64,000 nucleotides of DNA from Desulfovibrio sp. (GTDB lineage: Bacteria > Desulfobacterota > Desulfovibrionia > Desulfovibrionales > Desulfovibrionaceae): contig NZ_JAAVBE010000019.1 in the NCBI RefSeq assembly GCF_014803725.1, forward strand, positions 151,455 to 215,454, in the 5' to 3' direction. The notes beneath the pieces were generated by a model that did no database searches, was not told the DNA's origin, and was given only the letters and a program-made list of their open reading frames with translations. Below, piece after piece: positions 48,859 through 58,498 of this stretch. Positions within the stretch are counted from its first letter, which is position 1. Each line of letters starts with the position of its first letter. Both the position numbers and the translations under genes were made by a program.

Positions 48859-50334
48859 ATGAGCCAAGGCACCGACAACCATGCCCCGGCAAGGGGCAAC
48901 GCGCACGACAGCGGCCTCAGGCTCGTGTTCGTCAGCAGTGTCATCCTTGTCCTGACGCTGCTGTTCTTCGTCTTCCTCATCCACACCACCATGCATGTGG
49001 CCGAGGAGTATCAGGCCACCACCGACGCCATGGAGGACTACATCTCCTGGGAAAACGCGGGCCAGCGCGTGCGCCGCGGCTCGGACTATCTCACCGAGCA
49101 GGTGCGCCTCTTCGTGCAGACCCTCGACAAGGACTATGCCGACCGCTATTTTGAAGAGCTCGATTCCACCCAGAGCCGCGAAAAGGCGCTGGAAAAGCTC
49201 GCCGGCGAGCATGTGCGCGCGGGCGACCACAACTGCATCCACACCGGCGTCGACCTCTCCAACGCCCTCACCTTCCGCGAGATCTACGCCATCCGCCTCG
49301 CCGCCGAGGGCGCGCACCTCGACCTTTCGGAATTTCCGGCCAAGGTGCGCGAGGCGCGCCTGAACGCCGACGACCGCTACCTCTCCCCGGCGGACAAGGT
49401 GCGCCATGCGCGCGAACTGGTCTATGACCGCAAGTACCGCGAGGCCAAGCAGGAGATCTTCAACGCGGTCACGCACTTCCAGGAGGAAGTGCTCGCGAGA
49501 GCCCACGAGGCGCAGGAGAAGAGCACCGCCGAGCTCGGCATGGTGCTGGCGCGCCAGCGCCTTTCCCTCGTGGGGCTCGGGCTGCTCGGGGTGCTCACCT
49601 TCGCCATGGTCATCCTGCTCGTCATCCGGCCGCTCCGGCTCTTTGACCGCTGCATCCGCGAGGGCCGGCCGCTGGCGCCTGCCGGGGCGCGCGAGTTCCG
49701 CGAGCTGGCCGGCACCTATAACGAGATGTTCGCCCTCCAGCAGCAGCAGGACAGGATGCTGCGCCACAAGGCCGAGCACGACCCGCTCACCGACCTGCTC
49801 AACAGGAGCGCCTTCGACGGCCTGCGCAGCCTGTTCAACAGCGAGGGGCACCCCGTGGGCCTCATCCTCATCGACGTGGACCGCTTCAAGGAAGTCAACG
49901 ACACCCACGGCCACGAAACGGGCGACGCGGCCCTCAGGCGCGTGGCCGGGCTTTTGCGCACGGCCTTTCGCGCCGATGACTTCTGCATCCGCCTGGGCGG
50001 CGACGAATTCGCGGTCATCATCTCCGACCGCGCCCCGGGCATCGAGCGCGTCATCGCCGACAAGATCGCGGCCATCAACGATATTCTGGGCCAGCCCGAG
50101 GACGGGGTGCCCGCGCTTTCCATCAGCGTGGGGGTGGCCTTCTCCCGCCAGGGTTTCCCCGACAGCCTCTACGGCGACGCGGACAGCGCCCTCTATCACG
50201 TCAAGGAGAGCGGCCGCCGGGGCTGCGCCTTTTTTGATGCCATGAGCGCCCGGGCGGCGCAGTCCGCCCGTTCCCAGCGCCTGCGCGAGCCCGCGGGCGA
50301 CACCCCCGAGCGCCAGGCGCGGCGCCGGGACTGA
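48859..50334 (+). CDS. Membrane-bound diguanylate cyclase
   Basis: Two TM segments flanking a periplasmic domain, HAMP-like linker, intact GGDEF and RxxD I-site (RADD). Confidence 0.9.
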   Translation: MSQGTDNHAPARGNAHDSGLRLVFVSSVILVLTLLFFVFLIHTTMHVAEEYQATTDAMEDYISWENAGQRVRRGSDYLTEQVRLFVQTLDKDYADRYFEELDSTQSREKALEKLAGEHVRAGDHNCIHTGVDLSNALTFREIYAIRLAAEGAHLDLSEFPAKVREARLNADDRYLSPADKVRHARELVYDRKYREAKQEIFNAVTHFQEEVLARAHEAQEKSTAELGMVLARQRLSLVGLGLLGVLTFAMVILLVIRPLRLFDRCIREGRPLAPAGAREFRELAGTYNEMFALQQQQDRMLRHKAEHDPLTDLLNRSAFDGLRSLFNSEGHPVGLILIDVDRFKEVNDTHGHETGDAALRRVAGLLRTAFRADDFCIRLGGDEFAVIISDRAPGIERVIADKIAAINDILGQPEDGVPALSISVGVAFSRQGFPDSLYGDADSALYHVKESGRRGCAFFDAMSARAAQSARSQRLREPAGDTPERQARRRD

Positions 50335-50344
50335 CGGAGGCCCC

Positions 50345-51661
50345 ATGCAGCTGCTCGAACGCCTGTTTCATCTCAGCGAAAACGGTACCACCGTGAAAAC
50401 GGAATGCCTGGCCGGGCTCACCACCTTCATGGCCATGTGCTACATCCTCTTCGTGGTGCCGGGCATGCTGGCCGACGCCGGCATCCCCGTGGCCGAGACC
50501 GCGCCCGCCGTGGTCTGGGTGACCGTGCTCGCCACGCTCGCCATGGGGCTGTGGGCCGGCTTTCCCGTGGCCGTGGCGCCGGGCCTCGGCATCTCGGCCT
50601 TTTTCGCCTACTATGTGTGCGGGCCCGCGGGCTACACCTGGCAGACGGGCCTCGGCGCGGTGTTCATCTCGGGCGTCATCTTCCTGTTGCTCACGGTGAC
50701 GCGCCTTCGGCAGATGATCATCGACGCGGTGCCCATGGACTTGAAATACGCCATCGTGGTGGGCATCGGCGCCTTCATCGCCTTCATCGGCATGAAGAAT
50801 TGCGGCATGGTGGTGGCCTCGCCCTCCACCTTCGTGACCCTGGGCGACCTTAGCCAGCCCGCCACCCTGCTGGCCGTGGCCGGCATCTTCCTCATCGGGG
50901 CGCTCATGGCCCTGCGCGTCACGGGCGCCATGATCATCGGCATCCTCGCCGTGACAGTGGCCGGCATGGCCCTCGGGGTGACACCCGCGCCCTCGGCGGC
51001 CACCTTCTCACAGGGCACGGGCGCGCTCTTCCCAAGCGGCCTCTTCCTTCAGATGGATCTTCCGGGCGCGCTCTCCCACGGGCTCTTTTCCATCATCTTC
51101 ACGCTCACCATGGTGGACCTTTTCGACAACATGGGCGTCCTCATCGGGCTTGCGCAAAAGGCGGGCTTCATGCAGCCGGACGGCCATATCCGCGGGCTTG
51201 ACCGCGCCCTGATGACGGATTCCTGCGCCACCATGGCGAGCGCGCTCCTCGGCACCACCACGGCCACGAGCTACCTCGAATGCGCCGCGGGCGTGGCCGC
51301 GGGCGGGCGCACCGGGCTCACGGCAGTGGTCATCGCAGCGCTCTTTTTGCTCTCGCTCTTCCTTATGCCGCTGGTGAGCCTCGTGCCCGCCTTCGCCACG
51401 GCACCCGTGCTCATCATCGTGGGCGCGCTCATGATGCAGGAGGTCGGCCGCATCCGTTTCAATGACTTCACCGTGGCGCTGCCCGCCTTCCTGACCATCA
51501 TCTCCATGCCGCTGACCTTCAATATCGCCACGGGCTTCGGCTTCGGCTTCGTGAGTTTCGTGGGCCTCAAGGCCCTCACCGGGCGCTTCCGGGACGTGCA
51601 GCCCGTCATGTGCGCCATCGCGGTCTGCTTCGCCGTCAATTTCGCCCTCAGGCTCCAGTAG
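50345..51661 (+). CDS. NCS2 family purine permease (AzgA-like)
   Basis: AGLTTFMAMCYI, APGLG, GTTTATSYLECAAG and GGRTGL motifs. Confidence 0.9.
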   Translation: MQLLERLFHLSENGTTVKTECLAGLTTFMAMCYILFVVPGMLADAGIPVAETAPAVVWVTVLATLAMGLWAGFPVAVAPGLGISAFFAYYVCGPAGYTWQTGLGAVFISGVIFLLLTVTRLRQMIIDAVPMDLKYAIVVGIGAFIAFIGMKNCGMVVASPSTFVTLGDLSQPATLLAVAGIFLIGALMALRVTGAMIIGILAVTVAGMALGVTPAPSAATFSQGTGALFPSGLFLQMDLPGALSHGLFSIIFTLTMVDLFDNMGVLIGLAQKAGFMQPDGHIRGLDRALMTDSCATMASALLGTTTATSYLECAAGVAAGGRTGLTAVVIAALFLLSLFLMPLVSLVPAFATAPVLIIVGALMMQEVGRIRFNDFTVALPAFLTIISMPLTFNIATGFGFGFVSFVGLKALTGRFRDVQPVMCAIAVCFAVNFALRLQ

Positions 51662-51702
51662 GGCGCGGGCACCGCTTTTCAGTATCAAGGGGGGACTCCA
51701 TC

Positions 51703-53121
51703 ATGGACAGCAACGCCGCGGGGAGCGGCACGGGCGGCCGCGCCGGCCGCGAGATGCTCGGGAGCCGCCTCGGCTTTCTCCTGCTTTCGGCGGGCTGCGC
51801 CATAGGGCTCGGCAACGTGTGGCGCTTCCCCTTCATCACCGGGGCCTTTGGCGGCGCCATCTTCGTGCTCGTCTATATCTTCTTCCTCTTCGCCATCCTG
51901 CCCATCATGATCATGGAATTCGCCGTCGGCCGCGCCTCGCGCCTCAACATGGGCCTCGCCCTGAAAAAGCTCGCGCCCGAGGGCACCTCGTGGCACCGCT
52001 TCGGCTGGGTGGCGCTTGTGGGGAGCTACCTGCTCATGATGTTTTACACCACGGTCACGGGCTGGATGCTCTCCTATTGCTGGTTCGAGGTGTCGGGCTC
52101 GCTCGCCGGGCTCACGCCCGAGGGCGTGGGGGCCTTCTTTAACGGCGCCCTCGGCGACGCGGCCACCCAGGTCATCGGCATGAGCGTGGCCGTGGCGCTC
52201 GGCTTCGCCGTGTGCGCCATGGGCGTGCGCAGGGGCGTGGAGCGCGTGGTCAAGGGCATGATGCTCGGGCTCCTGCTCATCCTCGTGGTGCTCGTCGTCC
52301 GCGCCCTGCTTTTGCCCGACGCCGGGAGCGGCGTGCGCTTCTACCTCATGCCGGACCTGGAGAAATTCCGCGAGGTGGGCTTTTTCAATGTCTGCAACGC
52401 GGCCATGGGGCAGGCCTTTTTCGCGCTTTCCGTGGGCATCGGCTCCATGACCATCTTCGGGAGCTACCAGCCCAAGGACCGCTCGCTCACCGGCGAAGCC
52501 CTGTGGATCATGGGTCTCGACACCATGGTGGGCCTCATGGCCGGGCTCATCATCTTCCCGGCGTGCTTCTCCTTCGGCGTGGCGCCGGGTTCCGGCCCGG
52601 GCCTCGTCTTCGTGACCCTGCCCAATATTTTCGAGCACATGGAGGGCGGCCGCCTCTGGGGCACGCTGTTCTTCATCTTCCTCGCCTTCGCCTCGCTCTC
52701 CACGGTCATCGCGGTGTTCGAGAACATCATCTCCTACAGCGTGGACGTGTGGGGCATGCCGCGCAAGCGCGCCACCGCGCTTCACGCCTGCGTGATGTGG
52801 CTGCTCTCGCTGCCGTGCGCGCTGGGCTTCAACCTGCTCTCCGGCATCCAGCCCCTGGGCGCGGGGAGCACCATCCTCGATTTCGAGGATTTTCTCGTCA
52901 GCAACAATGTGCTCCCGCTGGGCGGCCTCCTCTTCCTCTTTTTCTGCTGCTGGCGCCGCGGCTGGGGCTGGAACAACTTCATCGGCGAAGCCGACCAGGG
53001 CCAGGGCCTGAAATTCCCGCGCTGCCTGCGCTTCTACCTGACGTGGCTTTTGCCGTGCCTCATCCTCATCCTCTTCGTGGCCGGCTACGCCGACAGATTT
53101 TACGCCATCAACCCCAACTGA
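51703..53121 (+). CDS. Sodium-dependent transporter (NSS/SNF family)
   Basis: GCAIGLGNVWRFP, QAFFALSVG and GPGLVF motifs. Confidence 0.92.
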   Translation: MDSNAAGSGTGGRAGREMLGSRLGFLLLSAGCAIGLGNVWRFPFITGAFGGAIFVLVYIFFLFAILPIMIMEFAVGRASRLNMGLALKKLAPEGTSWHRFGWVALVGSYLLMMFYTTVTGWMLSYCWFEVSGSLAGLTPEGVGAFFNGALGDAATQVIGMSVAVALGFAVCAMGVRRGVERVVKGMMLGLLLILVVLVVRALLLPDAGSGVRFYLMPDLEKFREVGFFNVCNAAMGQAFFALSVGIGSMTIFGSYQPKDRSLTGEALWIMGLDTMVGLMAGLIIFPACFSFGVAPGSGPGLVFVTLPNIFEHMEGGRLWGTLFFIFLAFASLSTVIAVFENIISYSVDVWGMPRKRATALHACVMWLLSLPCALGFNLLSGIQPLGAGSTILDFEDFLVSNNVLPLGGLLFLFFCCWRRGWGWNNFIGEADQGQGLKFPRCLRFYLTWLLPCLILILFVAGYADRFYAINPN

Positions 53122-53132
53122 AGGAGAGCGAC

Positions 53133-54074
53133 ATGCGCATCGTCCTTATGGAAAACCTCGGCTGCTCCCCCGAGCTTGTGGAAGAAAATGCCGCCAGGCT
53201 GCGCGCCCTGGGGCATGAGTTCACCAGCTTTGAGAAAACCACCGACGCGGAGCGGCTCAAGGCCGAGACGCGGGACGCGGATGTCCTCATGCTCGCCAAT
53301 ATGCCGCTCCCGGCCGAAGTGCTGGCGGCTGCGCCGGACGTGAAGTTCATCGACGTGGCCTTCACCGGGGTGGACCATATCCCGGTGGCGGACGCGCGAA
53401 AGCGCGGCATCGCCATTTCCAACGCCTCGGGCTATGCCGACGAGTCCGTGGCAGAGCTTTGCATCAGCCTCATGATCCAGCTCTTGCGCCACCTGGGCGA
53501 GGCCGAGCGCCGCGTGCGCGAAGGGGGCACCAAGGCGGGCCTTGGCGCCAATTTGCTCCAGGGCAAGACCGTGGGCATCATCGGCGCGGGCGCCATCGGC
53601 AAGCGGCTGGCCGCGCTCTGCAAGGCCTTCGGCTGCACGGTGCTGGCCCACAACCGCCGCCCGGTCGCCGACCCGGCCATCGACGAAAGCGTGAGCCTTG
53701 ACGAACTTTTGCGCCGCTCGGACATCGTTTCGCTCCATTGCCCGCTCACGCCCGAGACCAAGGGGCTTATCGGCGCGCCGCAACTTGCCATGATGAAGAA
53801 GACCGCCCTGCTCATCAACACCGCGCGCGGCCCGGTGGTGGACAACAAGGCCCTCGCGGAGGCGCTCAACGCCGGCACCATCGCTGGCGCGGCCTGCGAC
53901 GTGTTCGACATGGAGCCGCCGCTGCCGCCCGACTATCCGCTCCTGCACTGCAAGCACATCATCCTGACGCCGCATCTCGCCTTCTATTCGCAGGAATCGC
54001 TGGAGGAGCGGGCCAAGATCGCCTTCGCCAACCTCTTCGCATGGCTCGACGGCAAGCAGGCCAACAAGATCTAG
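53133..54074 (+). CDS. D-isomer-specific 2-hydroxyacid dehydrogenase
   Basis: FTGVDH, GIIGAGAIG, LHCPL, INTARG, DVFDME and TPHLA motifs. Confidence 0.92.
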   Translation: MRIVLMENLGCSPELVEENAARLRALGHEFTSFEKTTDAERLKAETRDADVLMLANMPLPAEVLAAAPDVKFIDVAFTGVDHIPVADARKRGIAISNASGYADESVAELCISLMIQLLRHLGEAERRVREGGTKAGLGANLLQGKTVGIIGAGAIGKRLAALCKAFGCTVLAHNRRPVADPAIDESVSLDELLRRSDIVSLHCPLTPETKGLIGAPQLAMMKKTALLINTARGPVVDNKALAEALNAGTIAGAACDVFDMEPPLPPDYPLLHCKHIILTPHLAFYSQESLEERAKIAFANLFAWLDGKQANKI

Positions 54075-54144
54075 CTTCTCCTCCCTCACAGGCGTGGCCG
54101 GGAAAAGCCGGCCACGCCTGCCAGAACTCCGCAAGGGAATCGTC

Positions 54145-55296
54145 ATGTTCCGTTTCTTCCTCGTGCTTGCGCTCGTCCTCTTCCAGCCGCTCGCCCCGCG
54201 GGCCGAGACAGACCTGAAGCGGCAACTGGAAACTCTGACGGCAAAGATGCCCGCTACCGTCGGGGTGGCGGTCATCATCGACGGCACGGAGACTGTCACG
54301 GTCAACAATGACCAGCGCTTCCCGCTCATGAGCGTGTTCAAGTTCCATCAGGCCCTGGCGCTGGCCGACCGGATGGCGGCACAGGGCATGCCGCTGGAAA
54401 CGGAAATTTGGGTCACAAAAAGGGACTTGCCCCAAAATACCTGGAGTCCTTTGCGAGACGCACGCCCGGAGGGAAACTTCGCCATCCCTGTTGAGGAACT
54501 CCTCCGCCTCACGCTCCAAGAGTCGGACAACAATGCCTGCGACATCCTCTTCGACCGCATCTGTTCGGTGAAAGACACCGAGGCTTATATCCACGGACTC
54601 GGCATCCGTGACTGCGCCATCAGCGCCACCGAGGCCGACATGCACGCCGACCTCACACGCTGCCGCGATAACTGGACAACACCGCTCGCCATGGCGCGCC
54701 TTTTGGAGCGCTTCCTCACGGAGAACATCCTGCCGGCGGCGCAGCATGACTTCATCAAGGCCACCATGATTGGCTGCACCACTGGCGCGAACCGGCTGGC
54801 CCGTCCGCTGGCCGGGACGGGCGCCAGTCTGGGCCACAAAACCGGCACCAGCGACCGGGACCCCGACGGGCGCCTTATGGCCCTCAATGACGCGGGCTTT
54901 GTCCTTTTGCCTGACGGGCGCCACTATGTCATCGCCGTGTTCATCAAGGACTCGTGGGCTTCCGACGCCGAGACCGAGGCGATGATTGCCGAAATTTCCT
55001 CCTGCGTGTACCGGCACATCAACAGTTTGCCCCCCTGCCCACAGCGCAGCGCCGACCAGCTGGCAAGCCCTGAAATTTCAAAACTTATTTTTTCTAGAAT
55101 TATCAATACCCTGCGCGAAAAATCCCGCAGGCCTGTCCCGTGCAGCCCTCACCCCTTGCTGACAAAAAGCCTTTCGCCTGTTAGGCTTGCGATGAAAAGC
55201 ACATACCCTTGCGTTAAAAAACCTGCGAATCCGCCACCGCATCCATTTGCGGCAGGGAGGGCCTGGCATCATGGGTTTTGGGCGACAACTCTATGA
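54145..55296 (+). CDS. Class A beta-lactamase, subclass A2 (CepA/CfxA/PER-like), with an atypical C-terminal tail
   Basis: Signal peptide; SVFK (54331), SDN (54523), ExxMH (E166-equivalent) and KTG (54838). Confidence 0.88.
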   Translation: MFRFFLVLALVLFQPLAPRAETDLKRQLETLTAKMPATVGVAVIIDGTETVTVNNDQRFPLMSVFKFHQALALADRMAAQGMPLETEIWVTKRDLPQNTWSPLRDARPEGNFAIPVEELLRLTLQESDNNACDILFDRICSVKDTEAYIHGLGIRDCAISATEADMHADLTRCRDNWTTPLAMARLLERFLTENILPAAQHDFIKATMIGCTTGANRLARPLAGTGASLGHKTGTSDRDPDGRLMALNDAGFVLLPDGRHYVIAVFIKDSWASDAETEAMIAEISSCVYRHINSLPPCPQRSADQLASPEISKLIFSRIINTLREKSRRPVPCSPHPLLTKSLSPVRLAMKSTYPCVKKPANPPPHPFAAGRAWHHGFWATTL

Positions 55297-56533
55297 ATTT
55301 CTCCTTGCCGGCAGCGCGGCCTATGCCCGCTGGGATTTTGAAGTCTCCACCTCCATCCTGAAAAACCGCAAGAAGCTGCTCCTCGTTCTTGCGCTGGCCG
55401 CGCCCATCTTTCTCTGCTGCATCGCGGAGGCGTATGACCCGCATGAGATCCTTGGCGGGCACGCCGCCTATGCCCCGGCCTTCTACACGCTGCCCATCTT
55501 CCTCGCGGCCATCGGCGTGGGCGTGGCCGCCGGGCTCATCACCGGCTGCATCGGCGCCGGCGGCGGCTTCATCATCACGCCCGCGCTCATGGCCGTGGGC
55601 GTCAAGGGCATTTTGGCCGTGGGCACGGACCTCTTCCATATTTTCGCCAAGGCCATCATGGGGACGGCCATCCACAGGAAGCTCGGCAATGTCTCCATGA
55701 GCCTTGCCTTCAGCTTCCTGGCCGGCTCCATTCTGGGCACCTTCATCGGGGGGGCTCTCAACAAGGGCCTCTATGACCTCAATCCCCTGCTCTCCGACCT
55801 TTTCATCAGCTCGATCTATGCGGTTTTGCTCGGCTTCCTCGGCTTTTACGCCCTGACGGACTATTTGCGCTGCCGCCGGACGGCGCCCTCGCAGCAGGCA
55901 GAAAGCGCGGCGGAAAACACCGGCCTCACCGGCATCGCGCGGCGAATGCAGGCCATCATCCTGCCGCCCATGATCCCCTTTGACGGCCACGCCACCCCGG
56001 GCGGCAGGCGCATCTCCGCATGGATCGTCGCCGGCGGCGGCGTGTTTGTGGGTTTTCTCGCGGCCATCATGGGCGTGGGCGGCGGCTTCGTCACCTTCCC
56101 CATGTTCGTCTATGTGTTCGGTGTGTCGTCCATGACCACCGTGGGCACGGATATTTTCCAGATCATCTTCACCGCTGGCTTCGCGGCCGTGGGGCAGTAC
56201 GCCGTTTACGGCTATGTGTTTTACACGCTCGCCATCGGCATGCTCCTGGGCTCGCTTTTGGGCATCCAGGTGGGCGCGCTCACCACCTCGGTGGTCAAGG
56301 CGAACCAGATCAAGGGTTTTTACGCCGTCTCCATCATCGCGGGCTTCATCAACCGCGCCGCCACACTGCCAAAGAAGCTGGTAGAGCTGGAGTTCCTGAG
56401 CCTCCCGGGCGCCCTCGTCAACGGCATCGAGGCCGTGGGCAATGTGGTGTTCTGGGCGGTGGTGGCCTTTTTCGGCCTGTGGGTATGCAGCAAGTTCTTC
56501 CTGAACATGGGCAAACTGCGGGGGGATGCGTGA
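55271..56533 (+). CDS. TauE/SafE family sulfite exporter, long type
   Basis: ITGCIGAGGGFIITP and IMGVGGGF duplicated TauE motifs; AGGGAGG RBS. Confidence 0.88.
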   Translation: MGFGRQLYEFLLAGSAAYARWDFEVSTSILKNRKKLLLVLALAAPIFLCCIAEAYDPHEILGGHAAYAPAFYTLPIFLAAIGVGVAAGLITGCIGAGGGFIITPALMAVGVKGILAVGTDLFHIFAKAIMGTAIHRKLGNVSMSLAFSFLAGSILGTFIGGALNKGLYDLNPLLSDLFISSIYAVLLGFLGFYALTDYLRCRRTAPSQQAESAAENTGLTGIARRMQAIILPPMIPFDGHATPGGRRISAWIVAGGGVFVGFLAAIMGVGGGFVTFPMFVYVFGVSSMTTVGTDIFQIIFTAGFAAVGQYAVYGYVFYTLAIGMLLGSLLGIQVGALTTSVVKANQIKGFYAVSIIAGFINRAATLPKKLVELEFLSLPGALVNGIEAVGNVVFWAVVAFFGLWVCSKFFLNMGKLRGDA

Positions 56534-57261
56534 TGGCCGGCATTGTGAGAAACAAAAAGCCTTTCCTGAAAGGGACCGCCCTGCTCGGCAGCTTTGCCGT
56601 GCTGTTCTGGCTCATCCTGACGCCGCTTTTGCCGGGCGAACACGGGCAGCGCCTCACGGGGCTGCAGTACGCGGACAAGACTTTCAACGAACTGTCCAAG
56701 GGTTCTTCCTATTTTATACCGGCCGTGCGGGAGGATATAGTGCCGCTCATGGGCAGCGTGGTCAGCCTGCGGGTGACGCTGCAAAGGCCCGGGCTCGCGC
56801 CGCTCGCCCAAAGCCTGCTCGCGGGTGCCGGGGCATCCCCGGTGGAGGCGCAGGGCGCGACACTCGCCTTCACGGGCGATCTCGGCCGTATCCTGCTGGC
56901 GGCCACGGACGACGCGGACCTCCTTTACCGCAATGACGGACAGGCCGTGAGCGACAGGAGCGGCGGCGCGCCCGCGCTCGAAGTGGCCTCCGCGTGGTGG
57001 TATCTGCTCAAGCCCTGCATCCAGGAACTGCAAAAGCAGCAGCGCGTGGCCGACGCCAAGGCCGTGGATCAGGTGCTCACCCGCGCCATCGAGCCGGGCA
57101 ACAACTTCTACGGCATCGAGCCCGCGGACATGTCCGCGCATATCCTGCTCGTCTGCGGGCTTCTGGCCTTTTATGTGCTCTATACGCTCTGGTACGGCTT
57201 CGGCATCTACGAGATTTTTGAAGGGCTCGGCCTGGTGGCCGCGGGGCATAAAGAAAACTGA
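56533..57261 (+). CDS. Membrane protein partner of the long TauE
   Basis: TGATG coupling; N- and C-terminal TM segments around a periplasmic domain. Confidence 0.8.
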   Translation: MAGIVRNKKPFLKGTALLGSFAVLFWLILTPLLPGEHGQRLTGLQYADKTFNELSKGSSYFIPAVREDIVPLMGSVVSLRVTLQRPGLAPLAQSLLAGAGASPVEAQGATLAFTGDLGRILLAATDDADLLYRNDGQAVSDRSGGAPALEVASAWWYLLKPCIQELQKQQRVADAKAVDQVLTRAIEPGNNFYGIEPADMSAHILLVCGLLAFYVLYTLWYGFGIYEIFEGLGLVAAGHKEN

Positions 57262-57285
57262 GCGGTCCGCCGGCGCCGCGCACGT

Positions 57286-57315
57286 GAAAGGGCCGCCCCA
57301 AGGGACGGCCCTTTC
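57286..57315. terminator. Bidirectional terminator
   Basis: GAAAGGGCCG...CGGCCCTTTC between convergent genes. Confidence 0.8.
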
Positions 57316-57343
57316 TGTATATCTGTGCCGAAAACCTGAGATA

Positions 57344-57880
57344 TTACAGGCGCTCGTTATGGCTGGCGCCGCGCATGGTCTGCGAAAAACCGAAGGCAAC
57401 GGCCGTTTCGCCAGGGTTCAGGGCCTGCACGCCCGCAGCGCTGGGCACGCTGCACGAATGGGCTTCCATGTTGCACTGCGCGCCCGCGGGGGCGGCGGCC
57501 AGGGCATCCGAAAAAGCCGCCGGGGCCTGCGTGGCGTCCTCCTGCGCCGCGGTGGCCGGCGCAAGGGGCGCCGGAGCGGTCTGCGGAGCCGCGGCCCTTT
57601 GCTCGATGCGGGGCGTCATCGCGGCATGCCCGGCGGCGACCGACTGCTGCCCGAGCAGGGCGGGCGTCAGGAACAGCGCCAATACGGCAAGAGCGGCGCC
57701 GAGGGTATATCTCCGCAGCCTGCGCGACGCGTCGTTGCTCTTAAACATGGCGCCCTCCCGGCGTGCGTGCTTGCGGTCAATGGCTTCCAGAGTGAGATCG
57801 GTATTCATGGCGGGAGCGGCGAGAAAAGCCCTTCTCCCGGTATCCATCGTGGTGGCACTGTATGCAGCGTCCATGCGCAT
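57344..57880 (-). CDS. Hypothetical exported Ala/Pro-rich protein (alternative start 57748)
   Basis: AAGGAG RBS at 57880 and GGGAGG RBS at 57748; hydrophobic signal-like segment; CNMEAHSC. Confidence 0.55.
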   Translation of the reverse strand: MRMDAAYSATTMDTGRRAFLAAPAMNTDLTLEAIDRKHARREGAMFKSNDASRRLRRYTLGAALAVLALFLTPALLGQQSVAAGHAAMTPRIEQRAAAPQTAPAPLAPATAAQEDATQAPAAFSDALAAAPAGAQCNMEAHSCSVPSAAGVQALNPGETAVAFGFSQTMRGASHNERL

Positions 57881-57906
57881 GGGGTGCTCCTTTATATCAC
57901 GGCCGT

Positions 57907-58113
57907 CTACGGGCGGCCGGAAAGTGAAAGATCCGAAGGCAGAAGGCCGGTGCGACGCTGGCGGAAGCGGTTGCGGCTCACGCTGCGCGCGGACAGGGCC
58001 ACAGCCTGGCGCCGGTCACGCAGCACATAATAGAGCGACGTGAGCCCGAGAAAGCCGGCTATAAAAAAAATGCTCACCTGTATAAAAATCATACAAAACA
58101 CAAAGCTGCTCAT
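57907..58113 (-). CDS. Small single-TM hypothetical protein (68 aa)
   Basis: GGAGG RBS; one hydrophobic helix followed by an Arg-rich tail; lies downstream of a sigma54 promoter. Confidence 0.55.
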   Translation of the reverse strand: MSSFVFCMIFIQVSIFFIAGFLGLTSLYYVLRDRRQAVALSARSVSRNRFRQRRTGLLPSDLSLSGRP

Positions 58114-58249
58114 GATATTTCCTCCAACCATGCCGGTTTGTGCGGCCCGGGGCTTGCCTCTTCCCTCTTGCCCCCGGCCGGCCGGCCTGTTTCCCTGTAT
58201 AATTTTTTGCCCGGCGCGGGGAAATTTTCACCCGCGGTATACAGGATAA

Positions 58250-58266
58250 AGCATAGGCCGTGCCAA
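58250..58266 (-). promoter_or_regulatory. Sigma54 (-24/-12) promoter
   Basis: TTGGCACGGCCTATGCT: GG-N10-GC with a TGGCACG consensus half. Confidence 0.72.
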
Positions 58267-58340
58267 GAGGCCAGGGGGAGGGGCAAAAGGAAAAATCGCG
58301 CCTTGCCGGCGCCCGCACTGTCCCCGACGTGGCCCCGAAC

Positions 58341-58356
58341 TGGCATGGATAGTGCA
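58341..58356 (+). promoter_or_regulatory. Sigma54 (-24/-12) promoter
   Basis: TGGCATGGATAGTGCA: GG-N10-GC. Confidence 0.68.
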
Positions 58357-58498
58357 CATGGGTTTGCGCAAAACTCGCTCGCTTTCCGCGCCCCCATGCG
58401 GCCCTTGCCTCCGCGTGGGCGAGCGTGCGCGCCTGCGCGCAACTGGCCGCGGAAGGCCGCCAACCCCGCCGCCGGGCGGGCTCTTTGTTGGAGGGGAA

